Shown: positions 39,684 to 49,331 of the stretch, in pieces
Layout of the letters: each line of letters starts with the position of its first letter
Position numbering within the stretch: position 1 is the stretch's first letter
Source of the DNA: Halobacteriovoraceae bacterium
Lineage (GTDB): Bacteria > Bdellovibrionota > Bacteriovoracia > Bacteriovoracales > Bacteriovoracaceae
Assembly: GCA_963719505.1 (NCBI GenBank)
Contig: CAVRCF010000001.1
Coordinates: 736,001-800,000, forward strand
Length of the DNA: 64,000 bases
Reading direction: 5' to 3'
Made by a program: the position numbers and the translations under genes
The notes under the pieces: model-generated
What the model saw: the letters and a program-made list of their open reading frames with translations, nothing else
Told to the model about the DNA's origin: nothing
Databases searched by the model: none

Positions 39684-41234
39684 ATGAAATTACTATTAGC
39701 AACACTTTTGACGATGACCTTTCTATCGTGTGGAAAGGCAGAAAATGAGTCGGGATCTTATGCAAGTTTTATCAATCAGATGTCAGTTGATACTGACTTT
39801 GATGGGATCTATGATTTTCATGAAAAGAAAATGGGGACAGATCCCCAGGTGGCCGACTTACCCTTTATTGAAGTAAAGAGCCAAAATATAAAACTTAAAG
39901 GTAGGAACTTCACACTGGAATATGAAAAAGAAGAGACATCAACTTTTGTTTTAGATAATAAAATTAAGAGACAAGTGCGGCTTTTTTTAAAAGAGAGAAA
40001 TTATCACTTAGAAGAAGAGGTCTTTTCTGAAAAAGAAAAACGCAGATTTTGCCTCTCAGATGACGTGTACTTTGAGGCTCTTGCAAAGAAACTCTATCCT
40101 GAAAAACTAAGCTTCGAGTACTCTGTTATCCCAGATCAAAACAAGCTTTCAGACTCAATAACGAACTTAAAAGTGAATTTACTTCAAGATGAGTCGACCT
40201 TACAGGTGAACTCTCAGATTTTTTTTGCCAATATAGATTTTAATAGAGCTATTGAGAGATGCCTGAGTTTTGATCTTATAGACTTTAATTATACTATCGC
40301 TGGTCGGGAGCTTGAATTTTCAGATGTCGCTTCTGACACTGGAAAAAATTTGTCTCATATTATCATAAAAAATGAAGACGTCTTGAAAGATTATAGAGTG
40401 AACCCAAAGGGAAACTTTCTCGATCAACTGAGAAAACAAAATATTGACTTTAAAATAAGTCCAAGTGGTGAAATTATTCACATCGACCAAAAAAGAAGCT
40501 CATTTGCTCTAAGAGAGAGCTTCTCTTATTATAGATCTCTAAAACCAGATCAAAAAAGATGGTTCTTTATTTCAAGTGACTCAGGTGTCATCACAGATCA
40601 ACTAAACCCTGGGCAGACTTATATACTGGCCCTTGTCTCAATAAAAGAGATTTTAAAGAGTGAAAAGCTCTATGAAACTCAAGCGATAGAGCAAAATTCA
40701 AATATCATTTCTCTCAAGGGGTTTAGTAGTGGGGATGAAATTTATTTAAACCTTGATGCGCAGATAGACCTTATCAGTAAACAAAATATTAATATTAGAA
40801 AAGCGGGTTATAATCATTTGGTTGAACAGTTTGGTATAGCGACTCCTAGGAGTGTCGCCACTGGCTGCTCCCATGTGGAGACGAACTTAAATGATGGTGC
40901 AAGAAGATATGAGCTTTTAAAAAATCTAAGACTCTTTGCTCAGTTTTCAAGCGGTGAAAGCCGTGAGTTAAAAAATGTGAATGGGAAATTAGTTTTAAAG
41001 TACACTCTTAAAAAAGAAGATTTCATCTCGGGAGTCGCATCAATTCAAGTTGGGCCAATAAACAAAAGTGCCTTTACCTACACGCGCCAAACAATTATTA
41101 AAGATGTTGGAAAACTGAGTAAAAGAGAGTTTTATCGTTGTGCACGAAAAGATATTACCCACCAAGTTTCTAACACGACAGAAATATTTAGTTTCGATTA
41201 TAAAATCTCAGGAGGGGCAGCGCGTCGTTATTAA
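39684..41234 (+). CDS. Hypothetical lipoprotein with an N-terminal DxDxDG Ca-binding motif
   Basis: Lipobox FLSC; DTDFDGIYD..E...GTDP..AD. Confidence 0.75.
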   Translation: MKLLLATLLTMTFLSCGKAENESGSYASFINQMSVDTDFDGIYDFHEKKMGTDPQVADLPFIEVKSQNIKLKGRNFTLEYEKEETSTFVLDNKIKRQVRLFLKERNYHLEEEVFSEKEKRRFCLSDDVYFEALAKKLYPEKLSFEYSVIPDQNKLSDSITNLKVNLLQDESTLQVNSQIFFANIDFNRAIERCLSFDLIDFNYTIAGRELEFSDVASDTGKNLSHIIIKNEDVLKDYRVNPKGNFLDQLRKQNIDFKISPSGEIIHIDQKRSSFALRESFSYYRSLKPDQKRWFFISSDSGVITDQLNPGQTYILALVSIKEILKSEKLYETQAIEQNSNIISLKGFSSGDEIYLNLDAQIDLISKQNINIRKAGYNHLVEQFGIATPRSVATGCSHVETNLNDGARRYELLKNLRLFAQFSSGESRELKNVNGKLVLKYTLKKEDFISGVASIQVGPINKSAFTYTRQTIIKDVGKLSKREFYRCARKDITHQVSNTTEIFSFDYKISGGAARRY

Positions 41235-41274
41235 AAATCTTCATTCATAGAGAGACTTATGCTAAATTCTCTCT

Positions 41275-42243
41275 ATGAATATTTTACTTACAGGAGTGGC
41301 AGGCTTCGTTGGTCATAAAACTGCACAATTATTACTTGAAGACGGTCACCAGGTTGTGGGTGTGGATAATCTCAATGATTATTATGATGTCGAGCTTAAA
41401 AAATTTCGTCTCGCTCAAATCAATTCTGAAAACTTTACTTTTGCTCAAGTGGATATAGAAAATCTAAAAGATCTAGAAAATATTTTCTCTCATCATAAAA
41501 TCGATAAAGTCATCAATCTCGCAGCTCGTGCGGGTGTGAGGTATTCTATGGAAAATCCTCATGTCTATCTTTCAACAAACGCTCAAGGAACACTCAATAT
41601 TCTTGAATGCATGAAAAAGTTTGGACAGAAAAAATTAGTTTTGGCTTCGACAAGTTCTTTATATGCAGGCCAAGAAATGCCATTTTTAGAATCTCTTCCC
41701 GTTAATGAACCCATCTCTCCATACGCGGCATCAAAAAAAGCTGCAGAGACGATGGCCTATACTTATCATCATCTGTATGGAATTGATGTTAGTGTTGTCC
41801 GTTATTTTACAGTGTATGGACCGGCCAGTCGACCAGATATGGCTCAGTTTCGCTTTATGCGCTGGATAGAAGAGGGCGCTGAAATTGAACTTTTTGGTGA
41901 CGGAAAACAAGCAAGAGACTTCACCTTTGTGGATGATATTGCTAGGGGAACTATTCTTGCTCTTAAGGATGTGGGCTTTGAAATTATTAATCTGGGCGGA
42001 GGGAATAATCCCATCGAAGTCAATACGATGATAAGTGAACTCGAGAGACTCTTGGATAAAAAAGCAAAAATAAAAAATCTTCCCTTTCATAAAGCAGATA
42101 TGATGGTGACATGGGCTAATATCGATAAGGCAAAAAAGATTCTTGGATGGGAGCCTCAAATTAATTTTACTAAAGGTTTAGAACTTTGTGTCGCTGACTT
42201 TAAAAATCATTACGATTTTTTAAAGGGAATAAAGTTATCATGA
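41275..42243 (+). CDS. NAD-dependent epimerase (UDP-glucuronate 4-epimerase-like)
   Basis: TGVAGFVG, LAARAGVRYS, YAASKK, RYFTVYGP..RPDMA. Confidence 0.92.
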   Translation: MNILLTGVAGFVGHKTAQLLLEDGHQVVGVDNLNDYYDVELKKFRLAQINSENFTFAQVDIENLKDLENIFSHHKIDKVINLAARAGVRYSMENPHVYLSTNAQGTLNILECMKKFGQKKLVLASTSSLYAGQEMPFLESLPVNEPISPYAASKKAAETMAYTYHHLYGIDVSVVRYFTVYGPASRPDMAQFRFMRWIEEGAEIELFGDGKQARDFTFVDDIARGTILALKDVGFEIINLGGGNNPIEVNTMISELERLLDKKAKIKNLPFHKADMMVTWANIDKAKKILGWEPQINFTKGLELCVADFKNHYDFLKGIKLS

Positions 42244-43499
42244 AAAATCTTAACGAAAAATATTTTAACCTTCTTTTAAATAGATTTAAAACAGGACATA
42301 AAACACAAGTCGTTCTCCACCAACCAGAAAAAGATATTTTTTCAAATGTTATCTGCCTTCCTATTGCAAATGATAAAGAGCTCTCAAGCATCACTATTCA
42401 AAAATACGAACAGCTAACGGATGATCTTTCTAAAAATTTGAAAAATTATGATTATACTATCTTAAAAATGCAAGCGGGACTTGGCTCAAGTGTAAAAAGA
42501 AAAGATCTAATTGCAAAAGTTGAAAAGAGAACCAGGCTTGGAGCAAAGGGGACCGATTTGTACTTTGAAGTTGAAGGTCAGATGAAGTCAATCTCTGAAC
42601 TACAACTCCTTCAGGCCCAGGCCCTTGGTGAGAAAAAAATATTTAAAAATATTAATTACGTAAACCTCGTCAATAAAGAGACAAAGGATGCGGTCGATGA
42701 AAGTTCTCAGAAATTTCAAGAGAGCAAGAGTCTTAATATCCTTGAGGATATCTACCAAAAGAAAATGAAAACAATTGGAGCCGATGGTGAACTGACCGAC
42801 AGAAGAAGGGCTCCTGCTGGGCACGGTTTTGTTGGATTTTCGGCAATTCTGGATACTTATCTTAATGATTTAAGACATGAAATAGTCGCTATCGGAAACG
42901 GTGAAGACCTTTGTTCAACTCCAGATCCTTTGATGATCAACTGGGTTGTTGAAAACAATATACCTATCACAATGCTGACAACGACAAAAACGCAAGCTGA
43001 TAAAAAAGGCGGTCAAATCTCTATTGTGACTGGTGAAAATGAGCATGTGACTATTGTTGAAAAAGCCCAAGCTGAAGAATCTGGTCAGCTTGAGTATTTT
43101 GAAGCTCTTGGCCTTCGTGCTGGGGATAAAGAATCTCTTTTTAATACCAATATTGTCATCATTAATAAAAAAGCTTTGAAAGAAATGTTTAATAAATATC
43201 TTGGTGGAATGAGTGCTGATGAGTTTTCTCAATGTTTTACTCCAGACATAATAAAAAATGTTAAGGAGCAAGATGGAGAGAAGTTTACTCAGCTTGAAAG
43301 TGCCCTGGGTTCTGTTGTCCTCAATCTAGATCGTTTCTTTAGAGAAAAGTTTAGTCAGCCTTTGGTTTCATTTTTGAATTTAAATAAAAATGACAGACGT
43401 AAATTTTTTATGCCTATAAAAAAGAGATCAGATTACGATGAAATCTTGGAGGCTTTTAAAGTGGATGCCAATAGTTTTCAATTAGTTCCAAAAATTTAA
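42240..43499 (+). CDS. UTP-glucose-1-phosphate uridylyltransferase of the eukaryote-type UDPGP family
   Basis: LKMQAGLGSS, PAGHG, NGEDL, KGG, FNTN, QLESALG, FMPIK. Confidence 0.8.
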   Translation: MKNLNEKYFNLLLNRFKTGHKTQVVLHQPEKDIFSNVICLPIANDKELSSITIQKYEQLTDDLSKNLKNYDYTILKMQAGLGSSVKRKDLIAKVEKRTRLGAKGTDLYFEVEGQMKSISELQLLQAQALGEKKIFKNINYVNLVNKETKDAVDESSQKFQESKSLNILEDIYQKKMKTIGADGELTDRRRAPAGHGFVGFSAILDTYLNDLRHEIVAIGNGEDLCSTPDPLMINWVVENNIPITMLTTTKTQADKKGGQISIVTGENEHVTIVEKAQAEESGQLEYFEALGLRAGDKESLFNTNIVIINKKALKEMFNKYLGGMSADEFSQCFTPDIIKNVKEQDGEKFTQLESALGSVVLNLDRFFREKFSQPLVSFLNLNKNDRRKFFMPIKKRSDYDEILEAFKVDANSFQLVPKI

Positions 43500-43626
43500 T
43501 ATAAGCCTTGCTTTAAAAGCTTAATCCTTAAATGAATTCACTCTCTTTTTCATAACTTACAGACTCTTATGACTGATCACCTTTTGCAAATCCTTGTCTT
43601 AATCAATTCTAGCAAGGAGAATATAA

Positions 43627-43803
43627 GTGGATCAAGGGCAAGAAAATCAATACACCTATATCGATCTTTACGATCATGTGGTTAATGGACATTTGGTTGA
43701 TACAGGCTTTACCTACGACTGTTGGTCAGGTCAGTACGCTGTTGAAGATGCTGAAAAGAGAATTTTCAACTTAAAAGTGCGGGGCTATTTTAGTGAGGAC
43801 TAG
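43627..43803 (+). CDS. Small 58-aa acidic hypothetical protein (not in the ORF track)
   Basis: GTG start 7 nt after AAGGAG; MDQGQENQYTYIDLYDHVVNGHLVDTGFTYDCWSGQYAVEDAEKRIFNLKVRGYFSED. Confidence 0.55.
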   Translation: MDQGQENQYTYIDLYDHVVNGHLVDTGFTYDCWSGQYAVEDAEKRIFNLKVRGYFSED

Positions 43804-44246
43804 TCTTTACAAATGAAGGGGCTTCTATTTTCATAGCTTGGTGTACAGTAGGTTAACCAAGCTCCATCTTTAAAATGGGCAGAACCAAAGAACCAATTAA
43901 TATGATGATTAATTTTTGGATCTATTTTGATCTCATTCATAAACCTGTCGGGTTGGACACCATCGACTTCAAAGCACCAGCCGTAAACTCGCATCTCGTT
44001 ATCGCTAATCACTTCGTAGGAATCAAGGCCTGTGGGTGTTCCTATAATAGAATTTACTGATCTTTCGTCTCCTATAAATTCGACATTGTTCTCAAGGAAT
44101 GAATCAAGAGTAATCTTTGAGACTGTGGACTCATTATTGAGTGGTATTTCGATATCCAGATACTTTGAATCTGTACAAAGCTCAGAGATTGAGAATCGAA
44201 TGGCAAAGGCTTGTAGACTTAAAATGAGTAAAAGAATTATTTTCAT
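43800..44246 (-). CDS. Secreted DUF4430-like protein
   Basis: Signal peptide ending AFA; V.SI.G and GWCFEVDG...I.W motifs. Confidence 0.6.
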   Translation of the reverse strand: MKIILLLILSLQAFAIRFSISELCTDSKYLDIEIPLNNESTVSKITLDSFLENNVEFIGDERSVNSIIGTPTGLDSYEVISDNEMRVYGWCFEVDGVQPDRFMNEIKIDPKINHHINWFFGSAHFKDGAWLTYCTPSYENRSPFICKD

Positions 44247-44285
44247 AGGCCCAAACTAACTTGGGCCATAGAGGTTGTAAAGAGA

Positions 44286-44675
44286 CTATATAATTTTGTT
44301 TAAGACTTGAATAAGAACAACAGCTCCCACCATAATACTAGAAAGCTTAACCGTCATTCGACTCTCAAGAGACTTTATGTCCGATCGAACCATAACAAAC
44401 TCCTGGTCAACTTTTGCAAAGCCATCTCTCATCTCAGTTCGAACGTTAGTGAATTCTTCTTTCATCTCAGATCGAAACTTAGAAAACTCTTCATGAACCT
44501 CAGTTTTAAAGGCTTGGAAGTCAGCTTTCACTTCTAGTTTGGCGATGTGAATGTCTTGTGAAGTCGCAAAATTGTCGTTCATAATTTCACTCAATACCTT
44601 GATCATGGTGGTGGCTTGATCTTTAGAAAAGCCACTTTCCTCTAAATAAAGACTATACCTCATTGCGTTAATCAT
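44286..44675 (-). CDS. DUF1640/CCDC90-like coiled-coil membrane-anchored protein
   Basis: LEESGFS..QA, ATSQDI, 11-residue coiled-coil repeats, C-terminal TM. Confidence 0.75.
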   Translation of the reverse strand: MINAMRYSLYLEESGFSKDQATTMIKVLSEIMNDNFATSQDIHIAKLEVKADFQAFKTEVHEEFSKFRSEMKEEFTNVRTEMRDGFAKVDQEFVMVRSDIKSLESRMTVKLSSIMVGAVVLIQVLNKII

Positions 44676-44740
44676 TTCTACTCCTTTTTAAAGGAGAGTA
44701 TTCAATTTAGGGGTAAAGCTAAGATTTGTAAGTGATTGAA

Positions 44741-47700
44741 TTAACTCAGTAAAAACTGGATATCGTTCTTTTTCAGCTCTTTGATAAAGCCCTCATTGGA
44801 CTCTAGCAGAGTATTATAAAGATCTCTTTTTGTATTTTGAAGAGCATGAACTTTCTCTTCAATGGTGTCCTTGGTGATAAGTCGGTAAGCAAAGACGGGA
44901 TTTTTTTGACCAATCCTGTGGATTCTATCAATGGCTTGAGCTTCAACCGCCGGATTCCACCATGGGTCTAAAATAATACAATAGCTGGCGTTGGTGAGAT
45001 TTAATCCCACACCTCCGGCTTTGATACTAATGAGAAAAGTTTTATGCTCAGATCTATTTTTAAATTCGTTGATGACCTTATCTCGGTCGCGGGTAGAGCC
45101 ATCGAGGTAAGAAGAGTTGTCTGCATCGAGGTTTAGCTCCTCTTTAACTAAGGCCAAAAGCTTTGTGAACTGGCTAAAGATAATCACCTTATTTCCGGAG
45201 TCGTGAATCTCACTGACAAGCTCTTTGAGAGTCTCCATCTTTGAGCTTTCAATTTTGGTAGCGTTATCCACAAGCTTTAAGTGACTTGCTGCTTGGCGAA
45301 GCTTGGTGAGAACTTGCAGGAAAATAAGTTTTGAAAACTTCTCTTCAGATTGTTTTTCTAGCTCCTCTCGGAGGGCCACGTGATAACTTAAATATTCTTT
45401 TTTCTCTTTTGCCGACTGCTCACAGTAGATGGTTTGAATAGTCTTTTCTGGAAGGTCTTTTAAGACAGTCTCTTTTGTTCTTCTGAGAATAAAAGGTCTC
45501 AAAAAGTTAAAGTTCTCGAGAATGGTGGGATCTTTAATTTTCTTAGCTTCAAAAAGTCCAGGAATCACAATATTAAAAATACTCATCATGTCTCCGGCGT
45601 GATTTTCAACAGGAGTTCCGGTAAGAGCGTATTTGTGTTTGGCCACAACCGCAGCACAAGCTTTGTGGGTGAGAGAGGTTGAGTTTTTAATCATCTGGGC
45701 TTCATCCAAGATGAGATAGTCAAATTGATAATCAAAATTCTCTTGTCTTTGTAAAAGCTGATAAGAAACCAAGAAAACATCATTGAGGTCAAAATCCATT
45801 TTGCCCAAATTCTTATTTCGCCAGTTAAAAACTGAAATCTCTTTGGCAAACAGAGCAAATTCACTTTCCCAGTTTCCTGTGAGTGACTTTGGACAGACGA
45901 TCAATATCTTGAGCCCTTTGTTGGCATTAAGCTTTCTTTGAAGGTGAGCGATTATCTGAATCGTTTTTCCAAGTCCCATATCATCGGCGAGGCAACCACC
46001 AAAGCGGCACCTCTCAAGAAAATCAAACCAGCCAAGGGCCAATCTTTGATAAGGACGAAGAGTGCCGTTAAAGTTTTTTTCTTCATAGATTTCTTTAATC
46101 TCTTTAAAGTTTTCAAGCTCAGCTTTTAAAAGTCTGATATTCTTTTGTGTTTTTAATTCTGGAAACTCATCCAGGATTAATGCCTTTGCTGGGTGCAAAG
46201 ATATAGAGTCTTTAGTAATGACAGCATGTTTTTGAATAAGTCTTATTTTTTCAATCCAGTCATCGGGAATGATTCCCATTTCACCGGAGCTGAGTTCAAT
46301 GGTATTTGATTTTAGATTTACTTTTTTGAGGATATCTCTAAAATTTATTTCTTTTTTTAAGCCATTAAAATCAAGCTTTGGATTGAGGTCGAGCCAATTG
46401 ATTCCACTTGTCACATCCATACTAAACGAGCTCGCACTTTTTAATTTTTGTTTTTTAAAGAAAACGGGAAGCTTAAATTCATCTGCATATTGCATAAACT
46501 TAAAAAGTTCGGAGCTTTCAAATAAGAACGTATTATCCGTAAACGTAAAAGACGGAAAAGCTTTTATAAATCTCTCAAGCGGTTCGTAGTTGAGTTCAAC
46601 TAAGTTATTATTATTAGGTCCATCAGGGACATAGATATAGCCTCTGATGTGATTTGAGTTATCTTCCCACTTTAAATAAAGCTCAAAATAGATATCAATG
46701 GTTTCAACCTTGAGGTTAAACTTATCACCGGTAAAAAGGTGATGAGGTATATTTTTGATCAGCATGGCCTGAAGTTCATTCCACTGTTCATTGCTCACCT
46801 CAAGACTTTTTTCATAAATCTCAATTAAGGTTGAATAGAGGTTATTATCGATAAGATCTTTATTCTCCACCTCATAAAATTCATCATACTTTAAAAGAAG
46901 ATTGTCATAGATCTCTCGATCAAAATCCTTGTAAGAGAATCTTTTATCATTGATCTCAATATAGGGGACAGCAGACTTTTGCAAAGAGTCCACTTCAATT
47001 TTAAAGCGAGCCTTTTCTGAATTAAATCTCAGATCTTTATCCTCGTCGACATCATAATAGCGATAAGATCTTTTGATCGTTCTTTTCGTTTTAATCATTT
47101 TCTTAAAAAGGAGTCTGTTTTGATGAAGATAGAAGTCGCCGTTATGAAAACTTGATGAATTTTTAGATTGGGAATATTCCCACCTGCCAAAAGCACACAG
47201 CTGGTTGAGAATCTCTTGATCCAGAGCATCTGGAAGCATGCGAATAAGTTCAGGCTCTACTTTTACATTTTTAATTTTTCCAAGACGACCAGAGGCAAGT
47301 CTTGATTGACACTGAAGGGAAAACTCAACCTTAACTCCTGTATAGTCTTCATAAAAATCTATAATATACCAGATGAGTTCGGGGGCATTTGTTTTGACTT
47401 CTTTTTCACTGTAGAAAAGTTCGGGGGTCTCAATATCTTCTTTTCTTCTTTTTTGCTCGTAGATAAAACTTTCCATGATTTGTTCAAACTCATTGGATGG
47501 CTTATCTTCATGTTTTATAGGTTTAGGATTAATAAAGGCATTGTTAACAAATTCGTAGTCGCTATTCCAGTCATCAAAAAACATACCCGTCTCTTTTAAG
47601 ATGACAGCTGCGATATGCTTACACTGACCATTTGAGATAAAGGCCATGCAAGAACAAAAACCCAAAATTTCTTCATTAAGGGCCGACTTTTGAAGACTCA

Positions 47701-47833
47701 CCTGATAGGTGGTTGATCCTTTAACAGTAGCTTTGAGTCTATTTTTAGTAGAGTCTACAAGATTGATTTTATCCAAATAGTCTTGGGCTTTTTCAAATTG
47801 TATTTTATCAATATTGTAGAGAAATCTTGGCAT
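44741..47833 (-). CDS. SWIM zinc finger + SNF2-family helicase/ATPase
   Basis: CSC...CKH SWIM; LADDMGLGKT, DEAQ, TGTPVEN, GLNLT, QAIDRIHRIGQ. Confidence 0.93.
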   Translation of the reverse strand: MPRFLYNIDKIQFEKAQDYLDKINLVDSTKNRLKATVKGSTTYQVSLQKSALNEEILGFCSCMAFISNGQCKHIAAVILKETGMFFDDWNSDYEFVNNAFINPKPIKHEDKPSNEFEQIMESFIYEQKRRKEDIETPELFYSEKEVKTNAPELIWYIIDFYEDYTGVKVEFSLQCQSRLASGRLGKIKNVKVEPELIRMLPDALDQEILNQLCAFGRWEYSQSKNSSSFHNGDFYLHQNRLLFKKMIKTKRTIKRSYRYYDVDEDKDLRFNSEKARFKIEVDSLQKSAVPYIEINDKRFSYKDFDREIYDNLLLKYDEFYEVENKDLIDNNLYSTLIEIYEKSLEVSNEQWNELQAMLIKNIPHHLFTGDKFNLKVETIDIYFELYLKWEDNSNHIRGYIYVPDGPNNNNLVELNYEPLERFIKAFPSFTFTDNTFLFESSELFKFMQYADEFKLPVFFKKQKLKSASSFSMDVTSGINWLDLNPKLDFNGLKKEINFRDILKKVNLKSNTIELSSGEMGIIPDDWIEKIRLIQKHAVITKDSISLHPAKALILDEFPELKTQKNIRLLKAELENFKEIKEIYEEKNFNGTLRPYQRLALGWFDFLERCRFGGCLADDMGLGKTIQIIAHLQRKLNANKGLKILIVCPKSLTGNWESEFALFAKEISVFNWRNKNLGKMDFDLNDVFLVSYQLLQRQENFDYQFDYLILDEAQMIKNSTSLTHKACAAVVAKHKYALTGTPVENHAGDMMSIFNIVIPGLFEAKKIKDPTILENFNFLRPFILRRTKETVLKDLPEKTIQTIYCEQSAKEKKEYLSYHVALREELEKQSEEKFSKLIFLQVLTKLRQAASHLKLVDNATKIESSKMETLKELVSEIHDSGNKVIIFSQFTKLLALVKEELNLDADNSSYLDGSTRDRDKVINEFKNRSEHKTFLISIKAGGVGLNLTNASYCIILDPWWNPAVEAQAIDRIHRIGQKNPVFAYRLITKDTIEEKVHALQNTKRDLYNTLLESNEGFIKELKKNDIQFLLS

Positions 47834-47841
47834 GGGGTACT

Positions 47842-48375
47842 CTACAAAATGATTTCTGGGCTTGGAAGTTTCAGTGCGTCAATATGTCTAACCTTTTTGA
47901 TATCACTTTTAGACACGGGCTTATTAAGCCAGTGAAGTTTATACTCATCAGGCATGCCAAACTTTTCGTGGATAGGGGCTTTCATGGATTTTCCATGAAC
48001 GAGGTGGTGCAAAGTACTATAGGGATAGTGCTCAATTTTTTTGACAAGCTTTGCCCTTGTAGGATTTTGGTAGATATATCTGTAGCAGTGAAGAAGATAG
48101 GTTTTTGAAGCAATGGACTGAATCTTGAGATTTTGAAAGACGCCCGGGTTGAGAAAAGAGATAAACTTCGAAACCTTCTTTGAATGAGTTTTTAAAAGAA
48201 GATGGTAATGATTATTCATTAGGACAAAACAGATAATATCCCCACCGTGGATTCTATGAGCGAGAGACAGACCAAAGAGAAGTTCATTCCACATTTTATC
48301 CATGGGTTTTTTAAACCATCTTTGGTCAATTGTTTTTGCTGTAATATGAAGTGTAAGTTTTTGTAATTGCGCCAT
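47842..48375 (-). CDS. REP-associated tyrosine transposase-like HUH nuclease (Y1/RAYT)
   Basis: FVLMNNHYHLL HUH motif; catalytic YIYQNP; YPYST. Confidence 0.8.
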   Translation of the reverse strand: MAQLQKLTLHITAKTIDQRWFKKPMDKMWNELLFGLSLAHRIHGGDIICFVLMNNHYHLLLKTHSKKVSKFISFLNPGVFQNLKIQSIASKTYLLHCYRYIYQNPTRAKLVKKIEHYPYSTLHHLVHGKSMKAPIHEKFGMPDEYKLHWLNKPVSKSDIKKVRHIDALKLPSPEIIL

Positions 48376-48468
48376 TTTTAAAAAGTCCTTTATTTCAATC
48401 AGTAAAATATGCTATTCTTTTCATGCACCAAAAGGGTGGGGATGTGCTTCTAACACACCCCCCTTGGT

Positions 48469-48549
48469 TCACTTATATAGCTGGTAAGTCGCTACAATTA
48501 GCTGACAAACTGCTGCTATAAAAGAGAACACCCTAATGATGTCTTCCAT
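48469..48549 (-). CDS. 26-aa hydrophobic peptide, candidate type I toxin (not in the ORF track)
   Basis: MEDIIRVFSFIAAVCQLIVATYQLYK; AAAGG RBS; structured leader and 3' hairpin. Confidence 0.6.
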   Translation of the reverse strand: MEDIIRVFSFIAAVCQLIVATYQLYK

Positions 48550-48595
48550 AACAAAACCTTTTGGCAAAGGCGCCCTTCATTGGGCGTCATGGAAG

Positions 48596-48661
48596 CTCCT
48601 TGCTTTCTATGCAAGCTCTCAACGACCTAAAAAACTCTAAAGGTTTGAAATGATTCTATTT
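48596..48661. repeat. 66-bp imperfect direct repeat, copy A
   Basis: 59/66 identical to 49332-49397 by hand alignment. Confidence 0.9.
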
Positions 48662-48709
48662 AAAAGATGCTAAACGGATTTTTTTGTGGGGAGGAGGAGA
48701 GTATAAAGA

Positions 48710-49012
48710 TTAAGCGACGATGCTAACTTTTCCACTTACGCCAGCTTTAGTGAGTTGGTCTTGTAGGGCGTACTTGGCAAAAGTTTTTTCCGGCATACCA
48801 ATAAGCCTTGCAAAGCTTACGGCTCTTTCTACACTGACAAGCTTTCTCCCTTTTTCTATATTACATAGATCCTGTTTTGAAATTTGCAGTCTTTCAGCAA
48901 AATCTGTCTGAGTGATTTCATTGGCAATCCTATAAGAGTGAAGCATTTCACCAAAAGAGACTTGGCCGCTTTGTTGTCTTATGGCTGACTTTGCCCTATT
49001 TTTTGTACTCAT
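48710..49012 (-). CDS. higA: HigA-like XRE HTH antitoxin
   Basis: ITQTDFAERLQISKQDLCNIEKG HTH. Lies downstream of, and overlaps, the toxin gene; probable start ATG 49012. Confidence 0.8.
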   Translation of the reverse strand: MSTKNRAKSAIRQQSGQVSFGEMLHSYRIANEITQTDFAERLQISKQDLCNIEKGRKLVSVERAVSFARLIGMPEKTFAKYALQDQLTKAGVSGKVSIVA

Positions 49013-49283
49013 GATGATTAATCTCCAGAACCTCAATGAGTAACTCATGGGTTTTCTCGTTTAGCTGGTAGATGATTCTCCAGCTTCTAGATAGGGAGCA
49101 GGAGCGCTGTCCTATTCTACTACCTTTGAGACTATGGTCTCTAAAACCTTTAATTTGTTGCATTTTTTTAAAGCCATCGGTTTCTATAATTTCCACCCAT
49201 AAATCAAATTGGATGAGAATATACCTTGGTATTTTGGATAAGTTTTTTTGAGCTTTTTTTGTCAGTAAAACTTTATATTCCAT
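48996..49283 (-). CDS. higB: RelE/HigB-family mRNA interferase toxin
   Basis: AQKNLSK, DHSLKG.R.G.RS.SL...WRIIY; toxin-first gene order. Confidence 0.82.
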   Translation of the reverse strand: MEYKVLLTKKAQKNLSKIPRYILIQFDLWVEIIETDGFKKMQQIKGFRDHSLKGSRIGQRSCSLSRSWRIIYQLNEKTHELLIEVLEINHHEYKK

Positions 49284-49295
49284 AAAACCTTTTTA

Positions 49296-49316
49296 AGTAT
49301 ACCATAAAGGTGTACT
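49296..49316. promoter_or_regulatory. Probable higBA operator palindrome overlapping an extended -10
   Basis: AGTATACC-N5-GGTGTACT inverted repeat; the minus strand reads TGgTATACT. Confidence 0.55.
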
Positions 49317-49331
49317 CTTGTATAGAGCCCA

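Noticed and set aside
47842-48375. Active IS200/IS605 element
   Set aside because: No tnpB and no definable element ends; the motifs fit a RAYT-like nuclease better.
48610-48630. Direct-repeat TTGCA as a sigma54 -12 element
   Set aside because: Both copies have CG rather than the invariant GG at -24.
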